DNA of 64,000 nucleotides from an uncultured Chloroflexia bacterium (GTDB lineage Bacteria > Chloroflexota > Limnocylindria > Limnocylindrales > CSP1-4), in assembly GCA_963788685.1 (NCBI GenBank), contig CAWBHP010000013.1:167012-231011 (forward strand), written 5' to 3'. Positions 20,021-31,639 of the stretch are shown here, in pieces. A model generated the notes under the pieces. The model was not told the DNA's origin. It did not search any database and saw nothing but the letters and a program-made list of their open reading frames with translations. Every line of letters begins with the position of its first letter. Positions within the stretch are counted from its first letter, which is position 1. A program made the position numbers and the translations under genes.

Positions 20021-21283
20021 CCACGCCGACGACGTCCAGCCGCTCGCGCCGCGCGCTCGGCCGATCCCGATCCTGCTCGCCGGCTCGCGCTGGCGCATCG
20101 CGACCGGCGGCGGCGGACGCGATCGCGGTCGGGCACCTCGCGGTCGTCCTGCCGGACGGCAGCCGCCGGACGTTCGGCGATCGCGGCCGCCGACCGGCCG
20201 CGCCGAGATCCACATCCACGACACGCGAGCGCTGACCCGGCTCCTGTCGACGGCGAGACCGGTGGCGGCGAGGCCTACATGGACGGCCTGTGGTCCAGCC
20301 CGGACCTCGCCGGCCTCCTGCGCTGGGCCGCCCTCAACCGCGAGGCGCTGGCGCTGTCGGCCGGCTGGTTCCGGGCGCCGGCCCAGCTCCGGCGGACGAT
20401 CGCCCACCGCGCTCCGACGGAACACGAAGGGCCAGAGCCGCCGGAACATCGCGGCCCACTACGACCTCGGGCAACGACTTCTACCGGCCGTTCCTCGACG
20501 AGACGATGACCTACTCGAGCGCGGTGTTCGCCTCGCCCGACCAGTCGCTCGCGGACGCCCAGCGCAACAAGTACCGGCGCATGGCCGACGGCGCCGGCCT
20601 GCGTCGCCGGCCAGCACGTCCTCGAGATCGGGACCGGCTGGGGCGGGTTCGCCCTCTACGCGGCGGGCGAGCTCGGCTGCCGCGTGACGTCGGTCACGAT
20701 CTCGCAGGAGCAGCACGCCCTGGCCCGCGAGCGGGTCCGCGCGGCCGGGCTGGAGCGACCGGGTCGACATCCAGCTGCGCGACTACCGCGACATCGACGG
20801 GCACGTACGACGCGATCGTCTCGATCGAGATGCTCGAGGCGGTCGGCGCCGAGTACTTCGCGACGTTCTTCGAGGTCTGCGATCGCGGCGCTCGTGCCGG
20901 GCGGCCGGCTGAGCCTCCAGTCATCACGTTCCCCGATGCCGCCTACGAGCGCCAGCTCCGCGGCGCGAACTGGATCCAGACGTACATCTTCCCGGGCGGC
21001 CTGTGCCCGTCGCTGGCCGTCATCGAGCGGGCGACCGCGCGACACGCGGCTGCTCGTCACGCGACGTCACCGACATCGCCGCCGGACTACGTCCGGACGC
21101 TGCGTGCGTGGCGGACGCGGTTCATGGAGCCGGCTCGGCGACGGTGCGCGCGATGGGCTTCGACGACCGCTTCATCCGGATGTGGGAGTACTACCTCGCG
21201 CTGAGCGAGGCGGGCTTCGCGACCGGGATCAGCCAGGACCTCCAGATCGTGCTTCGAGAAGCGCCGCGGCAATCGCTGGTTAG
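20017..21283 (+). CDS. cyclopropane-fatty-acyl-phospholipid synthase family SAM-dependent methyltransferase (UfaM-like); many frameshifts; 3' end approximate
   Basis: Motifs include [108 protein letters not shown] and [22 protein letters not shown]. Confidence 0.65.
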
Positions 21284-21339
21284 TTCCAGCATCGGTCGCC
21301 GGCGAGCCTTCTCGGCGGACTCTGGCGGCCTTCGCCCCC

Positions 21340-22026
21340 TCAGCCGGTATCTAGCGGCGTCCGGACGTCGCGGCGGGCCTTGCGGACGATGCGGACGAAG
21401 CTGCGGAGATGGGCCAGCGGCCGGATGTGCGCGGCTCGCCGGCATAGATCGTCCGGATCGGGACCCAGGCGATCGGCCGCCCGTCCCGGATGCAGGTCGT
21501 GATCATCTCGACCTCGAACTCGAAGCCGCCCTCGTCGCTGGCAGCGTCGCCTCCATGAGCCGCCGACCGAGGAGCCGGTAGCCCGACTGGTTGTCCGGGA
21601 TCGGCTGGCCGACCGCCCACGAGAACGCCCTGCCGCCGAGCACGTTCGAGAGCCGCCGGACCGGCGGCATCGCCCGGAAGTTGCGCCGGCCGATGACGAG
21701 GTCGGGCCGCGGCTCGGCCGCCCAGGCCGCGAGGAAGCGGGGATCTCCGCGGGATCGTGCTGGCCGTCGGCGTCGAGCGTCAGTGACCGCGTCGGCGCCG
21801 TCGGCCAGGGCGCGTCGGAACCCGGCCCGCAGCGCCGCGCCCTTGCCCTGGTTCGGGCGCTGCTCGATGACGGTCGCCCCGGCCGCCCGGGCCCGCGCGG
21901 CGGTGTCGTCGCCGAGCCGTCGTCGACGACGAGGACCGGCAGGTGGGCGGCGGCGCCCCGAACGACCTCGCCGATCCGCGGCCCCTCGTTGTAGCCCGGG
22001 ATCAGCGCGACGATCACGCCAGGCCG
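21340..22026 (-). CDS. family 2 glycosyltransferase (dolichyl-phosphate-mannose-synthase-like); frameshifts
   Basis: Motifs include VIVALIPGYNEGPRIGEVV..LVVDDGS, DADGQHDPAEIP and GFEFEVEMITTCIRDGRPIAWVPIRTIYAGE. Confidence 0.55.
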   Translation of the reverse strand, partial: RPGVIVALIPGYNEGPRIGEVVRGAAAHLPVLVVDDGSATTPPRGPGRPGRPSSSSARTRARARRCGPGSDAPWPTAPTRSLTLDADGQHDPAEIPASSRPGRPSRGPTSSSAGATSGRCRRSGGSRTCSAAGRSRGRSASRSRTTSRATGSSVGGSWRRRCQRRGRLRVRGRDDHDLHPGRAADRLGPDPDDLCRRAAHIRPLAHLRSFVRIVRKARRDVRTPLDTG

Positions 22027-22029
22027 ACG

Positions 22030-23074
22030 CCGGCGCCCTCCTCGACGCGGCCGACGCGCCAGGCTCGACGCCGGCAGCTCGAGCGCCGCCTCGACGGCCG
22101 CCAGCCGCTCGGCCGGGATCGCGGCCAGCAGCCCGCCGGACGTCTGGGGGTCGTGGGCGAGGGTCACGAGCTCGGCGGCGACGCCGTCGGCCGCGTGCAG
22201 CGCGGGATGGACGAACCGCCGGTTGTGCGCCGCGCCGCCGGTCTCGACGCCAGCTCGGGCGAGATCGAGCGCGCCGGGGAGCGCCGGCAAGGTCGCGGCG
22301 TCGAACACGAACCGCGTGCCCGATGCGCGGGCCATCTCGAGGCCGTGCCCCAGCAGCCCGAAGCCGGTCACGTCGGTCGCGCCGGCGATTCCGTTGGCGA
22401 CGAGGATCTCGGACGCCGCCCGGTTGAGCGTGCGCATCTGGTCGATGGCGCCGGCCGAAGTCGGCCTCGGTCGCCTTGCCCTGCCGGTGGCCGCTGACGA
22501 GCAGGCCCGTTCCGAGCCGCTTCGTGAGCAGCAGCACGTCGCCCGGCCGCGCGCCGCCCTTGCGCAGCAGCCGGTCCGGATGGCCCGCCCCGATGACCGC
22601 CAGCCCGTATTTCGGCTCCGCGTCGCGGATCGTGTGGCCACCGGCGAGCGTGCCGCCGGCCTCGCGGACCTTCGACGCGGCGCCCTCGAACACGGCCGCG
22701 AGCGTGTCCCGCGGCAGGTCCTCGGGAAAGGCCGCGATCGACAGCGCGAAGAGGACGCGGCCGCCCATCGCGAAGACGTCGCTCAGCGCGTTCGCCGCCG
22801 CGATCTCGCCGAATGTCCGCGGCGTCGTCGACGAGCGGCGGAAAGAAGTCGAGCGTGCCGATGATCGCGAGGTCGTCCGAGACCCGGTAGGCAGCCGCGT
22901 CGTCGGGCGGCGTCAGGCCGGCGATGAGCTCGTCCGGCGCGGCCGGCCGCCGGGCCCGACACCGAGCCCGGAGAGCGCGTCGGCCAGCAGGTCGGCCCCG
23001 AGCTTCGCCGCGCAGCCGCCGCAATCGGTCAGTTCGGTCAGGCGGATCGGCGGCAGCGTCTCAAGAGCACCCAT
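22030..23074 (-). CDS. selD: selenide, water dikinase (selenophosphate synthetase) SelD, Cys-type; about three frameshifts; 3' end approximate
   Basis: Motifs include [80 protein letters not shown] and [10 protein letters not shown]. Confidence 0.75.
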
Positions 23075-23289
23075 CGAGCGGATGATAGGCGCGGCGTCCC
23101 TGAAACGACGCCCAGCAGCCACTGCGTTCGTCGCACTCAACTGCGTTCGTCGCGGATGGGCGTCGAGGGCGAGGCGCCCGGCGAGGACCGGAGCGAGCGC
23201 ACCCAAGGTGCGTGAGCGAGGACCGCTGCCGGGCAACGCCGCCATCGGCGTCCAGGCGCGACAGCCGTTCCCCGCAAGTAAGATTTGGT

Positions 23290-23386
23290 GGGAGCGGTCG
23301 GGTCCCGGTGGGCCCCCTGGTCTTCAAAACCAGTGGCGCAGCGCCAGGCGCGGCGCAGTGGGTTCGACTCCCATGCGCTCCCGCCA
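23290..23386 (+). tRNA. selC: tRNA-Sec (anticodon UCA)
   Basis: The anticodon arm is CUGGU-CUUCAAA-ACCAG. The D-arm has a 6-bp stem with a 4-nt loop (GGGUCC-CGGU-GGGCCC). There is a long variable arm, a T-arm GUGGG-UUCGACU-CCCAU, and a 3' GCCA. The acceptor stem has 7 pairs plus one G:G mismatch. Confidence 0.8.
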
Positions 23387-23395
23387 GGAGGATCG

Positions 23396-24774
23396 ATGTC
23401 GACCGAGACCCGTCCCCACCCGCCGAGCGTCGAGCGCCGTCGCGGCCGCGAGCCGGACGCGGCTGGGGGAGGGCCGCAGTCCTGAAGCGATCGTCGACGT
23501 CGCGCGCGCGGTCGTCGCCGAGGAGCGGGACCGACTCGCGGCCGGCGCCGAGCCGCGCACCGTCGACGCGCTCGCCGACGAGGTGGCCGCCCGGCTCGAC
23601 CGCCTCGGCGAGCCGGCGATTCACCGCGACGATCAACGCGACGGGCGTCATCGTCCACACGAACCTCGGGCGCGCGCCGTGGCCGCACGCGGCGATCCAG
23701 GCCGCGGAGGCGGCCGCGCGCGACTATCTCCTTCTCGAGCTCGACCGCGATTCCGGACGCCGCGGGCGCGCGCTTCCGGGCGGCCGAGGAGCACCTCGTC
23801 GCCCTGACCGGGGCCGAGGACGCGCTCGTGACGAACAACAACGCGGCGGCGGTCGCGCTGGCCGTCGGCCTCGCCGGGCGGGGTGGCGGTGTCGTCGTCG
23901 GCCGCGGGCGAGCTGGTCGAGATCGGCGGCGGCGTCCGGATTCCCGAGATCATCCGGCGGGCCGGGGCGAAGCTGATCGAGGTCGGGACGACGAACCGGA
24001 CCCGCGCCGAGGACTTCGAGCCGCCGCTCGCCGAAGGCCGGGCGCGGGTCGTCCTCCGGGTCCATCCCTCGAACTTCCGCCAGACGGGCTTCACGGAGGC
24101 GCCAGATCCCGCGGCGCTTGGCCGACGCTCGCTCACGGCCACGGCGCGATCGTCGTCGACGATCTCGGCTCCGGCGCGCTCCTGCCGACGGAGCGCTACG
24201 GCCTCGCCCACGAGCCGATGCCCGCGCGAGCGCCTGGCCGCCGGCGCCGACATCGTGACGTTCAGCGGCGACAAGCTCGTCGGCGGCCCCCAGGCCGGTC
24301 TCGTCGTCGGCCGCGCCGACCTCATCGCCCGGATCCGGCGCGACCCGCTGGCGCGGGCGATGCGGCCCGACAAGGTGACGCTCGCGGCGATGGCCGCGAC
24401 GCTCGGCCTCTACCGCGCCGGCCGGCGCCGAGGCGGAGATCCCCGTCTGGCGGATGATCGCCGCGGCGCCGGACGCCCTCCGCGAGCGTGCCGAAGCGCT
24501 CGCCAAGCGGCTCGCGGGCGCGGTCGAGGTCGTGTCGACCGAGGCGACGGTCGGCGGCGGTTCGCTGCCGGGCGAGACGCTGCCATCGTTCGGCCTGGCG
24601 CTGCGTGGCGGGTCGGCCGATCGGACGCTTGCCGCCCTGCGGCGGGGGAGCCCGGCAGTCGTCGGCCGGATCGAGGGCGGTCGGGTCATCCTCGACCTGC
24701 GGACGGTCGATCCCGGGCGCGACGCGGAACTGGAAGCGGCGATCAGCGCAGCCGTGGCGCCGCCGAGCCGTCAT
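23396..24774 (+). CDS. selA: L-seryl-tRNA(Sec) selenium transferase SelA; many frameshifts
   Basis: Motifs include [67 protein letters not shown] and VGGGSLPGE. The stop overlaps the selB ATG. Confidence 0.7.
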
Positions 24775-26646
24775 GACCGTCGTCGTCGGGACCGCGGGCC
24801 ACATCGACCACGGCAAGACGACGCTGCTCCGCGCGCTGACGGGGATCGATGCCGATCGTCTGCCCGAGGAGCGGCGGCGGGGGATGACGATCGACGTCGG
24901 CTACGCCCACCTCGATCTGCCGGACGGCACGCAGCTCGACTTCGTCGACGTCCCGGGGCACGACAAGCTCGTTGGAAACATGCTCGTCGGGGCGGGCGAG
25001 ATCGACGCCGCACTCCTCGTCGTCGCGGCCGACGACGGACCGCGGCCGCAGACGCTCGAGCACCTCGAGCTGCTCGACGCGCTCGGCATCGCCGATGGCC
25101 TGGCGGTCGTCACGAAGGCCGACGCCGTGGCACCGGAGCGGGCAACCGAAGTGGCCGCCGCCACGCGTGACCTGCTCGACCGAACGATCCTCGCCGGCGC
25201 CCCGGTCATCGTCGTCTCCGCGACCACAGGGGCGGGCCTCGACGAGCTCCGGACGGCGCTCGTCGCGCTCGTCGATCGCGTCCTCGCCCGGGGTCTGCCC
25301 GGCGGCCCCGCCCGGCTCGCGATCGACCGAGTCTTCAGCGTCAAGGGTCGCGGCACGGTCGTCACCGGGACGCTCCGCGGCGGCCCGATCGAGCGGGGAA
25401 TGACGCTGCGCCTGCTGCCCGGCGGGCGCGAGGCACGAGTCCGCGAGATCCAGGTCCACGGCGGGACCGTCGAACGGGTCGCCGCCGGCGGTCGAACCGC
25501 GCTCAACGTGGGCGGCGTCGAGGGCGGAGGACCTCCACCGCGGCATGGTCCTGGCCGGACCGCCAGCGGCCGACTGGACCGCCCCGCAGCCGCTGCGCGA
25601 CCGACCGGCTCCTCGTCGCCCTCCACCCGGTCGCGGACCTGGGCGGCGGGGTTCCGGGGATCCCGGCGGATCGGGCGCGGGTCCGGCTCCACACCGGGAC
25701 GGAGCAGGTCGGCGCGGTCGTCGGGCGGAGCGGCCGGGACACCGCCGAACTGCCGGGCGGCGAGGTCGCCGCGATCCTCCGGCTCGAGCGGCCCGTCGCC
25801 GTCGCCGCAGCGGATCGCTTCGTCCTTCGCCGGCCGTCGCCGGGCGGAACGCTGGCCGGCGGCCGGATCCTCGACGCGGTGCCACCGCGTGGCGTGTCGC
25901 GGCGCCGCACGACGCCCGAGCGCCTGGCCGCCCTCGCCGCGGCCGCGACGGGCGATGACGTGGCCTCCGCGCGACTCGACCTCCACGGCGCCATCGCCGG
26001 GAATCCCGTGCGGCTCGCGGACGATCTCGCGGCGGCGCTCCGGCTGGACATCCTCGCCGGCGTCGGCGCCTCCGGCGAGTGGCTGCCAATCGCCGACGTG
26101 CGGGCGCGCGGCGCATTGAGCCTTCGCCGCCTCGTCACGCTTTCGGCGGCGGACGCCCGTGCCGTCGCGTCGACCGTCGTTGAGGAGCTCGTCCGCGATG
26201 GCCGGTTGGCGGTGGATGGCGATCGAATCGCGGCGGCGGGCAGCGCGCCGGCGGGACCCCGGCCCGAGACGCTGGCCGCTATGGCTCGCCTCGAGTCGGC
26301 GCTCGACGTCCCTGCGCCGCCGCCGTTGTCGGAAGCCGCCCTCGCCGCAGCGTGCCCGTCCGATGGCATTCGGGCGCTGGAATCGGCCGGTCGGATCGTC
26401 CGCCTCGACGACGATCTGGCGTATGCCGCGGCTGCCTACCGCCGGCTCGAGGCGCGCGCCGTCGAGCTGGCCACGGCGTCCCCGCTCGCGCCTGCCGCCC
26501 TGCGCGACGCGACGGGAACGAGCCGCAAGTACGTCATGGCGATCCTCGAGGACCTGGATCGACGGGGAGTCCTGCGCCGAACGCCGGCCGGCCACGTGCC
26601 CGGTCCGCGCGCGGCCGCGGCCGCGGCCCCGACGACCCGGCCATGA
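24773..26646 (+). CDS. selB: selenocysteine-specific elongation factor SelB; frameshifts at about 25530-25600
   Basis: The G-domain is [24 protein letters not shown]...[10 protein letters not shown]-terminal winged-helix domains end [16 protein letters not shown]. Confidence 0.75.
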
Positions 26647-27267
26647 GCGGCTCCGACAGCGGCGCCATCTCGGGCATCGTCCTGGCCGGCGGTCGGGCGA
26701 GCCGATTCGGGTCCGACAAGCTGACCGCGGCGTTCGACGACGTTCCCCTCCTGGATCGGGCGGTCGCGGCCGTCGCCGCCGGCTGCTCGGAAGTCATCGT
26801 CGTCCTCGCCCCGGACGACGATCGCGAGCTGCCCGTCGCGGCCGTGCCGGTCCGGCGCGTGTTCGATCCGGCGCCTCACCGCGGGCCGCTCGTCGGGCTG
26901 CTCGCCGGCCTCGAAGCCGCGCGGGAGCCGGTCGTCCTCGTCGCCGGTGGCGACATGCCGACGCTCTCGCCCGACGTCCTGGCGGCGCTCGTCCGGGCCT
27001 TGACCGCGGCCGAGGCCTGGGCGGATGCCGCGGTCCTCGTCCAACGCGGCGTGGCTCGGCCCCTTCCCGCGGTCGTTCGCAACGGGGCCGCGACCCAGGC
27101 CGCCCGCCGCGTCATCGCCGACGGGGAACGGAGCCTCGATGGCGCTCCTCCGCGCCCTGCCGACCCGCGAGCTCGCCGAGGCCGAGTGGCGCGGCCTCGA
27201 TCCGGACGCCGCGACCCTGCGCGACATCGATCGGCCGGAGGATCTCCCCGAATCGTCCCGGACATGA
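26643..27267 (+). CDS. mobA: molybdenum cofactor guanylyltransferase MobA; frameshift at about 27125
   Basis: Motifs are ISGIVLAGGRASRFGSDKL and VVLVAGGDMP. The ATG overlaps the selB stop. Confidence 0.65.
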
Positions 27268-27268
27268 C

Positions 27269-27303
27269 GAACGCGTCCGCCGGAGGGACGGACGCGTTCG
27301 TGG
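27269..27303 (+). terminator. perfect 13-bp-stem hairpin (ACGAACGCGTCCG, 9-nt loop, CGGACGCGTTCGT) immediately 3' of mobA
   Basis: The hairpin is read from the sequence. It has no U-tract, which is typical for high-GC intrinsic terminators. Confidence 0.4.
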
Positions 27304-27329
27304 GAGGTGGGAGCAGGGAGCTGGGAGGT

Positions 27330-27530
27330 CAGCTCCGGTACGGGTAGTCGGTGAGCTTCGGCAGGAGCGTGGGGCCCGCCGCCGGGCTGGTCAGGATCGA
27401 CCGAACGCTCGTCAGCGCGGCGCCGATCCGGCTGGCGCTCCGGCTGCCGGAGCGCTTGGCCTGCTTTGCCAGGCGGTTCGCCGCGGCTTCGGCCTGCAGC
27501 TCGTTGCTGGTGGCTCTTGACGTAGATCAT
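27330..27530 (-). CDS. hypothetical small protein (about 66 aa) with one apparent frameshift
   Basis: Fragments read MIYVKSHQQ... and NELQAEAAANRLAKQAKRSGSRSASRIGAALTSVRSILTSPAAGPTLLPKLTDYPYRS*. Confidence 0.25.
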
Positions 27531-27666
27531 TGCGGGGCTGTTCACGTCAGGTCTCTCCTTTCCGGATCCCGTTGGTCGGGATCACAAGGAGAGAATGCCC
27601 CGTGCCACTCGCACGGCCCACCGTCGTGCGACGTCAATTCGTCTACGTCATTCGGCCGATGGTGTC

Positions 27667-29318
27667 TCAGCCGCCGAGGGCAGGGTCCTCGAACACAGCC
27701 TCGCCGCCGACAAACGTCGCGAGGACCCTGCGCATCCCCGATCGGTCCGGCGTCAGGGGCGAACAGGTCGCGGTCGACGACGGCGAGGTCGGCGAGCTTT
27801 CCGGGCGCGATCGTGCCCGTCTCGTCGTCGAGGTGGTTCACGTAGGCCGATCCGAGCGTGAATGCCGCGATCGACTGCTCGAGGGTCAGCCGCTCGTCCG
27901 GCAGGAAGGGTCTGGCCGTATCGCGCGAGTCCGGGTAGATGCGGTTCACGGCCACCTCGATCTCGAGGAGCGGATTGGGTGTCGACACGCTCCAATCGGA
28001 GCCCATCGCCAGTCGCGCACCCGCTCGCAACAACGACCCGAACGGGTACTGCCAGCGAGCCCGCTCAGGGCCGAGGAACGGGATCGTCAGCTCGTCCATG
28101 TTCGTCTCGTGGCAGGCCCAGAGCGGTTGTGCGTTGGCGACTGCGCCGAGAGGCGCAAACCGCGGCACGTCGTCGGGATGGATGACCTGGATGTGCGAGA
28201 TGTGCGGCCGGGTGTCGGTCATGCCGTTGGCCAGCCGAGCCGCCTCGATCGCGTCGAGGGCGACCCGCACCGCCAGATCGCCGATGGCGTGGAAGTGTGC
28301 CTGCAGCCCGGCAGCATCAAGCCGGGTGACGTGCTCCCGTAGCGGCTCGGCATCGACGAAGTTCATGCCGCGATTGGTCGTCGGCCTGCCGTCGCGATCG
28401 AGGTAGGGGTCGATCATGGCCCCGGTGAACGTCTCGAGGACGCCGTCGAGCGCGATCTTCACGCTGTTTGCGCGCAGCCGGCCGTGTGATCCCGTCGCCG
28501 AACGCGCGACGAGTTCGTCGATCTGCTCGGCGCCTTTCGTGCGCTCCCACCAGAGGGCCGCCTCGACCCGCGCGGTCATAAGCCCCGTCTCCGCCGCTCG
28601 CCGGTAGACCGCGAGATCGTCGGGCGTGACGATCGCGTCCTGCCAGGCCGTGATGCCGAGCGAGTGGAGGTAGGCCTGCGCGAGTTCGAACGCCGCAAGC
28701 CACTCGTCCGGTCCCGGGGACCGGCACGAGGCGCTCGACGAGCTCGGCGGCGTCCTCGTGCAGCGAGCCCGTCGGCGTGCCGTCCGGATCCCGCTCGATC
28801 CGCCCGCCGAACGGGTCGGGCGTGTCGCGGGTGATGCCCGCGAGCTCCAGGGCGCGGCTGTTCACCCACGAGGAATGGCCGTCCCGGTTCGGAAAGAAAC
28901 CCGGCCGATCGGGCAGGACCGAATCGAGGTCCTCGCGCCGCGGCGTGCCGCCAGGAAAGTCGCCCATGTACCAGCCACTCCCGATGATCCAGTCGTCGTC
29001 CGGATGCGCGTCGGCGTAGGCGCGAATCGTCGCCAGCACGGCCTCGCGGCCCTCGGCCTCGCGCAGATCGCACTGCATCTGGTCCATGCCGCCCGACAGG
29101 GGATGGACGTGGGCATCCTGGAAGCCCGGCAGGAGCAGCCGCCCACCGAGGTCGATGACCCGGGTCGTCGGGCCGATCGCCGACGCGATCTCGCCGGCGC
29201 TCCCGACGGCGGAGATCCGATCTCCGTGGACGGCGACCGCCTCCGCCGTCGGCCGCGCCGGGTCGACGGTGTGGACGTGGCCCCCGGTGAAGACGATGTC
29301 GGCGGGTCGGTCTGGCAT
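27667..29318 (-). CDS. amidohydrolase-3 family metal-dependent hydrolase; two frameshifts (about 28575 and about 27700)
   Basis: Motifs include IVFTGGHVHTVD, LLPGFQDAHVHP, HFHAIGDLAVR, MGSDWSV and LADLAVVDRDLF. Confidence 0.65.
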
Positions 29319-29396
29319 CACGCCCACGATGGCACACGCCGCCGGGTTGCGCGCAGCACGGCCCACCGCGCGGAACGGCCCGCGTAGACTCTCGCG

Positions 29397-29954
29397 ATGG
29401 CGACCGTTCACCTCCTGCACGCGGGCTACATCCGCGAGAACGGGACGAGGGTCGGGAGCAGCATCACGTTTGTCCGGGACGGCGACGCGCTGATCGTCGT
29501 GGACCCGGGCCTCGTCGCCTCTCGCGGGCTCATTCTCGAGCCGCTCGCCGCGCTCGGCGTCGCCGCGGAGGCCGTGACCCACGTCTTCCTGAGCCACCAT
29601 CATCCCGATCACACGATGAACGTCGCGCTGTTCCCGAACGCCGAGGTCGTCGACTTCTGGGCTCGCTATCGGGACGACCTGTGGCTCGATCACGGCGGCG
29701 ACGGCTGGAGCATGACGCCGCACACGCAGCTGTGGCTGACGCCCGGTCACTCCGAGGAGGACGCGTCGCTCATCGTCGACGCCGACGACGGCGTCTACGC
29801 GATGACGCATTGCTGGTGGCGGACCGACAGGACGCCGGCACTCGATCCGTATTGCGCGGACCAGGCGCTCCTCGACTTCCATCGCGAGCGCGTCCTCGCC
29901 GCCGCGGACGTCGTCATCCCGGGCCACGGCGAGCCGTTCCGAACCCGATCCTGA
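29397..29954 (+). CDS. MBL-fold metallo-hydrolase
   Basis: Motifs are HVFLSHHHPDH and PGHGEP. The gene is intact. Confidence 0.65.
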   Translation: MATVHLLHAGYIRENGTRVGSSITFVRDGDALIVVDPGLVASRGLILEPLAALGVAAEAVTHVFLSHHHPDHTMNVALFPNAEVVDFWARYRDDLWLDHGGDGWSMTPHTQLWLTPGHSEEDASLIVDADDGVYAMTHCWWRTDRTPALDPYCADQALLDFHRERVLAAADVVIPGHGEPFRTRS

Positions 29955-29968
29955 ACGAGCGGCGCGCC

Positions 29969-30757
29969 TCAGGCCGCGCGGCGGGCCAGGATGTTGAGGC
30001 GGACGTAGTCGATCCGGGCCTCGGGCAGGGCAGATGCGACGGCGTGCACGAACGCGTCCCGCTCGGACTCCGGGAGGCGTGCCACGTGCGACCCGAGAAC
30101 GACGGTCCGCAGGTACGCCTCGAACGGGGCGCCCGGCTCGAAGGACGTTGGCTCCTCGGTCAGCCAGCACTCGACATCGACGAAGCCTGCGGCTGCCAAC
30201 CGCTCGGATGTCGCGGCCGGCGTCTCGAAGTGCGAGTCGCCGAGCCAGCCGTCGCCGGTCACGGCCAGCACCCGCCGGACGGACGCGACGTTGCCGACGC
30301 CGCCGCACTGCGCGACGAGGCGTCCGCCCGGCCGGACAACCGCGGCGAGGTTCCGGAAGAGCGCGTCGTGGTCGGGGACCCAGTGGAACGTCGCGGTCGA
30401 GAGGATCGCGTCGACCGGCTCGGCCAGGGGCAGCGACTGCCCGAGATCGGCGACCACGTACTCGACCCGTTCGCCGAAGCGGGCGAGTCGGGTGCGAGCC
30501 TGCTCGATCATCGCCGGCGAGCCGTCCAGCGCGACGACGGAGCCGCGCGGGAGGCGCTCGACGAGAAGCTCGGTGACCCGGCCGCTGCCGCAGCCGGCAT
30601 CGAGGACTCGCTCGTCGCCGCGAAGCGGCAGCCGATCGAGGACCGCGGCGCCCCAGCGCGTCATCGGATCGGCGACCTTGTCGTACGTCGCGGCGTCCCA
30701 GTCACGCGGTGCCGTCACCGGCTCAGAGGCCTCCCCGAATCGAAACGCTCCCGGCAC
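29969..30757 (-). CDS. class I SAM-dependent methyltransferase (trans-aconitate methyltransferase-like)
   Basis: The motif is VLDAGCGSGRVTELL. The gene is intact. Confidence 0.6.
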   Translation of the reverse strand: MPGAFRFGEASEPVTAPRDWDAATYDKVADPMTRWGAAVLDRLPLRGDERVLDAGCGSGRVTELLVERLPRGSVVALDGSPAMIEQARTRLARFGERVEYVVADLGQSLPLAEPVDAILSTATFHWVPDHDALFRNLAAVVRPGGRLVAQCGGVGNVASVRRVLAVTGDGWLGDSHFETPAATSERLAAAGFVDVECWLTEEPTSFEPGAPFEAYLRTVVLGSHVARLPESERDAFVHAVASALPEARIDYVRLNILARRAA

Positions 30758-30797
30758 TCGGGCGCCGGGAGCGTTTCGGAATCTTCCGATTGAACCG

Positions 30798-31500
30798 TCA
30801 GGCGACGGGCTTGACGACGACCGACTTGGCCATCTTGTCGTGATAGCCCTGCCGCTTCGGGTCGTTCGCGGTCGTGTAGATCAGGTAGATCGTCCAGCCG
30901 AGACCGGCCAGCGACAGGAGCAGGCCGACGACGCCTCCGATGATGTTCGACGCCATCCCGGCGACGAAGCCGGGCGCGAACATCACGAGGTAGCGGGTAA
31001 TCGCCTGGTTCTGGTTGAGGGCGTTGCCGTCTGCCTCGTTGACCGTCATCAGGCCGAGCACCCGCTGGCCGGGCGACGCCTTCATCGTCGTCCAGGTGTA
31101 GACGAAGTAGACCCCACCCAGGACGATGTTGATCGCGACGACGATCAAGGCGCCGATCAGGAACGCGCCGGTACCCACGGCGAAGAGGGACGCGAACAGG
31201 ATCGCGAACAGGACCGCGTTCACGACGACCGCGAGGATGATCAGGATGATGTAGTCGATGAGGTAGGCGCCGATCCGGATGCCGAGGTCGGCATAGGCGA
31301 TCCCAGCCGTAGGACCGGCGGCCGACTTCGGCGGGCTTCCATTGCTGCGCCTGCTGCGCGAACGTCGGAGCGGCGCCGGGTGTCGGGGCCTGCTGCCAGT
31401 TGCCGCCTGCCGGCTGAGCTGGGTCGCTGGGCTGCGCTGGATCGGGCGCTCCGGGCGCGGGTTCCTGCCCGGCAGGATCGCTAGGACCGGGTCCGGTCAT
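30798..31500 (-). CDS. RDD family membrane protein with a Pro/Gln-rich N-terminus; frameshift at about 31320
   Basis: Fragments read GIAYADLGIRIGAYLIDYIILI and MNAVLFAILFASLF.... Confidence 0.5.
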
Positions 31501-31639
31501 TTGCGTGTGCCTCCCTTTCAACCCCGCGTCCCACTCGGCGCGGGCATCCGTCTCGTGTCGCCTGCCAAGTAGACGTGGGCCGGGCCGGCGACGTCATCGA
31601 GGATACACGTCGAACCAAGCGCGAGAACACGTTTGTTGT

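Noticed and set aside
22913-23074. The possibility that SelD is itself a selenoprotein, since some SelD proteins carry Sec in the N-terminal motif
   Set aside because: The corresponding codon in ...[10 protein letters not shown]... is TGC, which encodes Cys. No in-frame TGA is present there.
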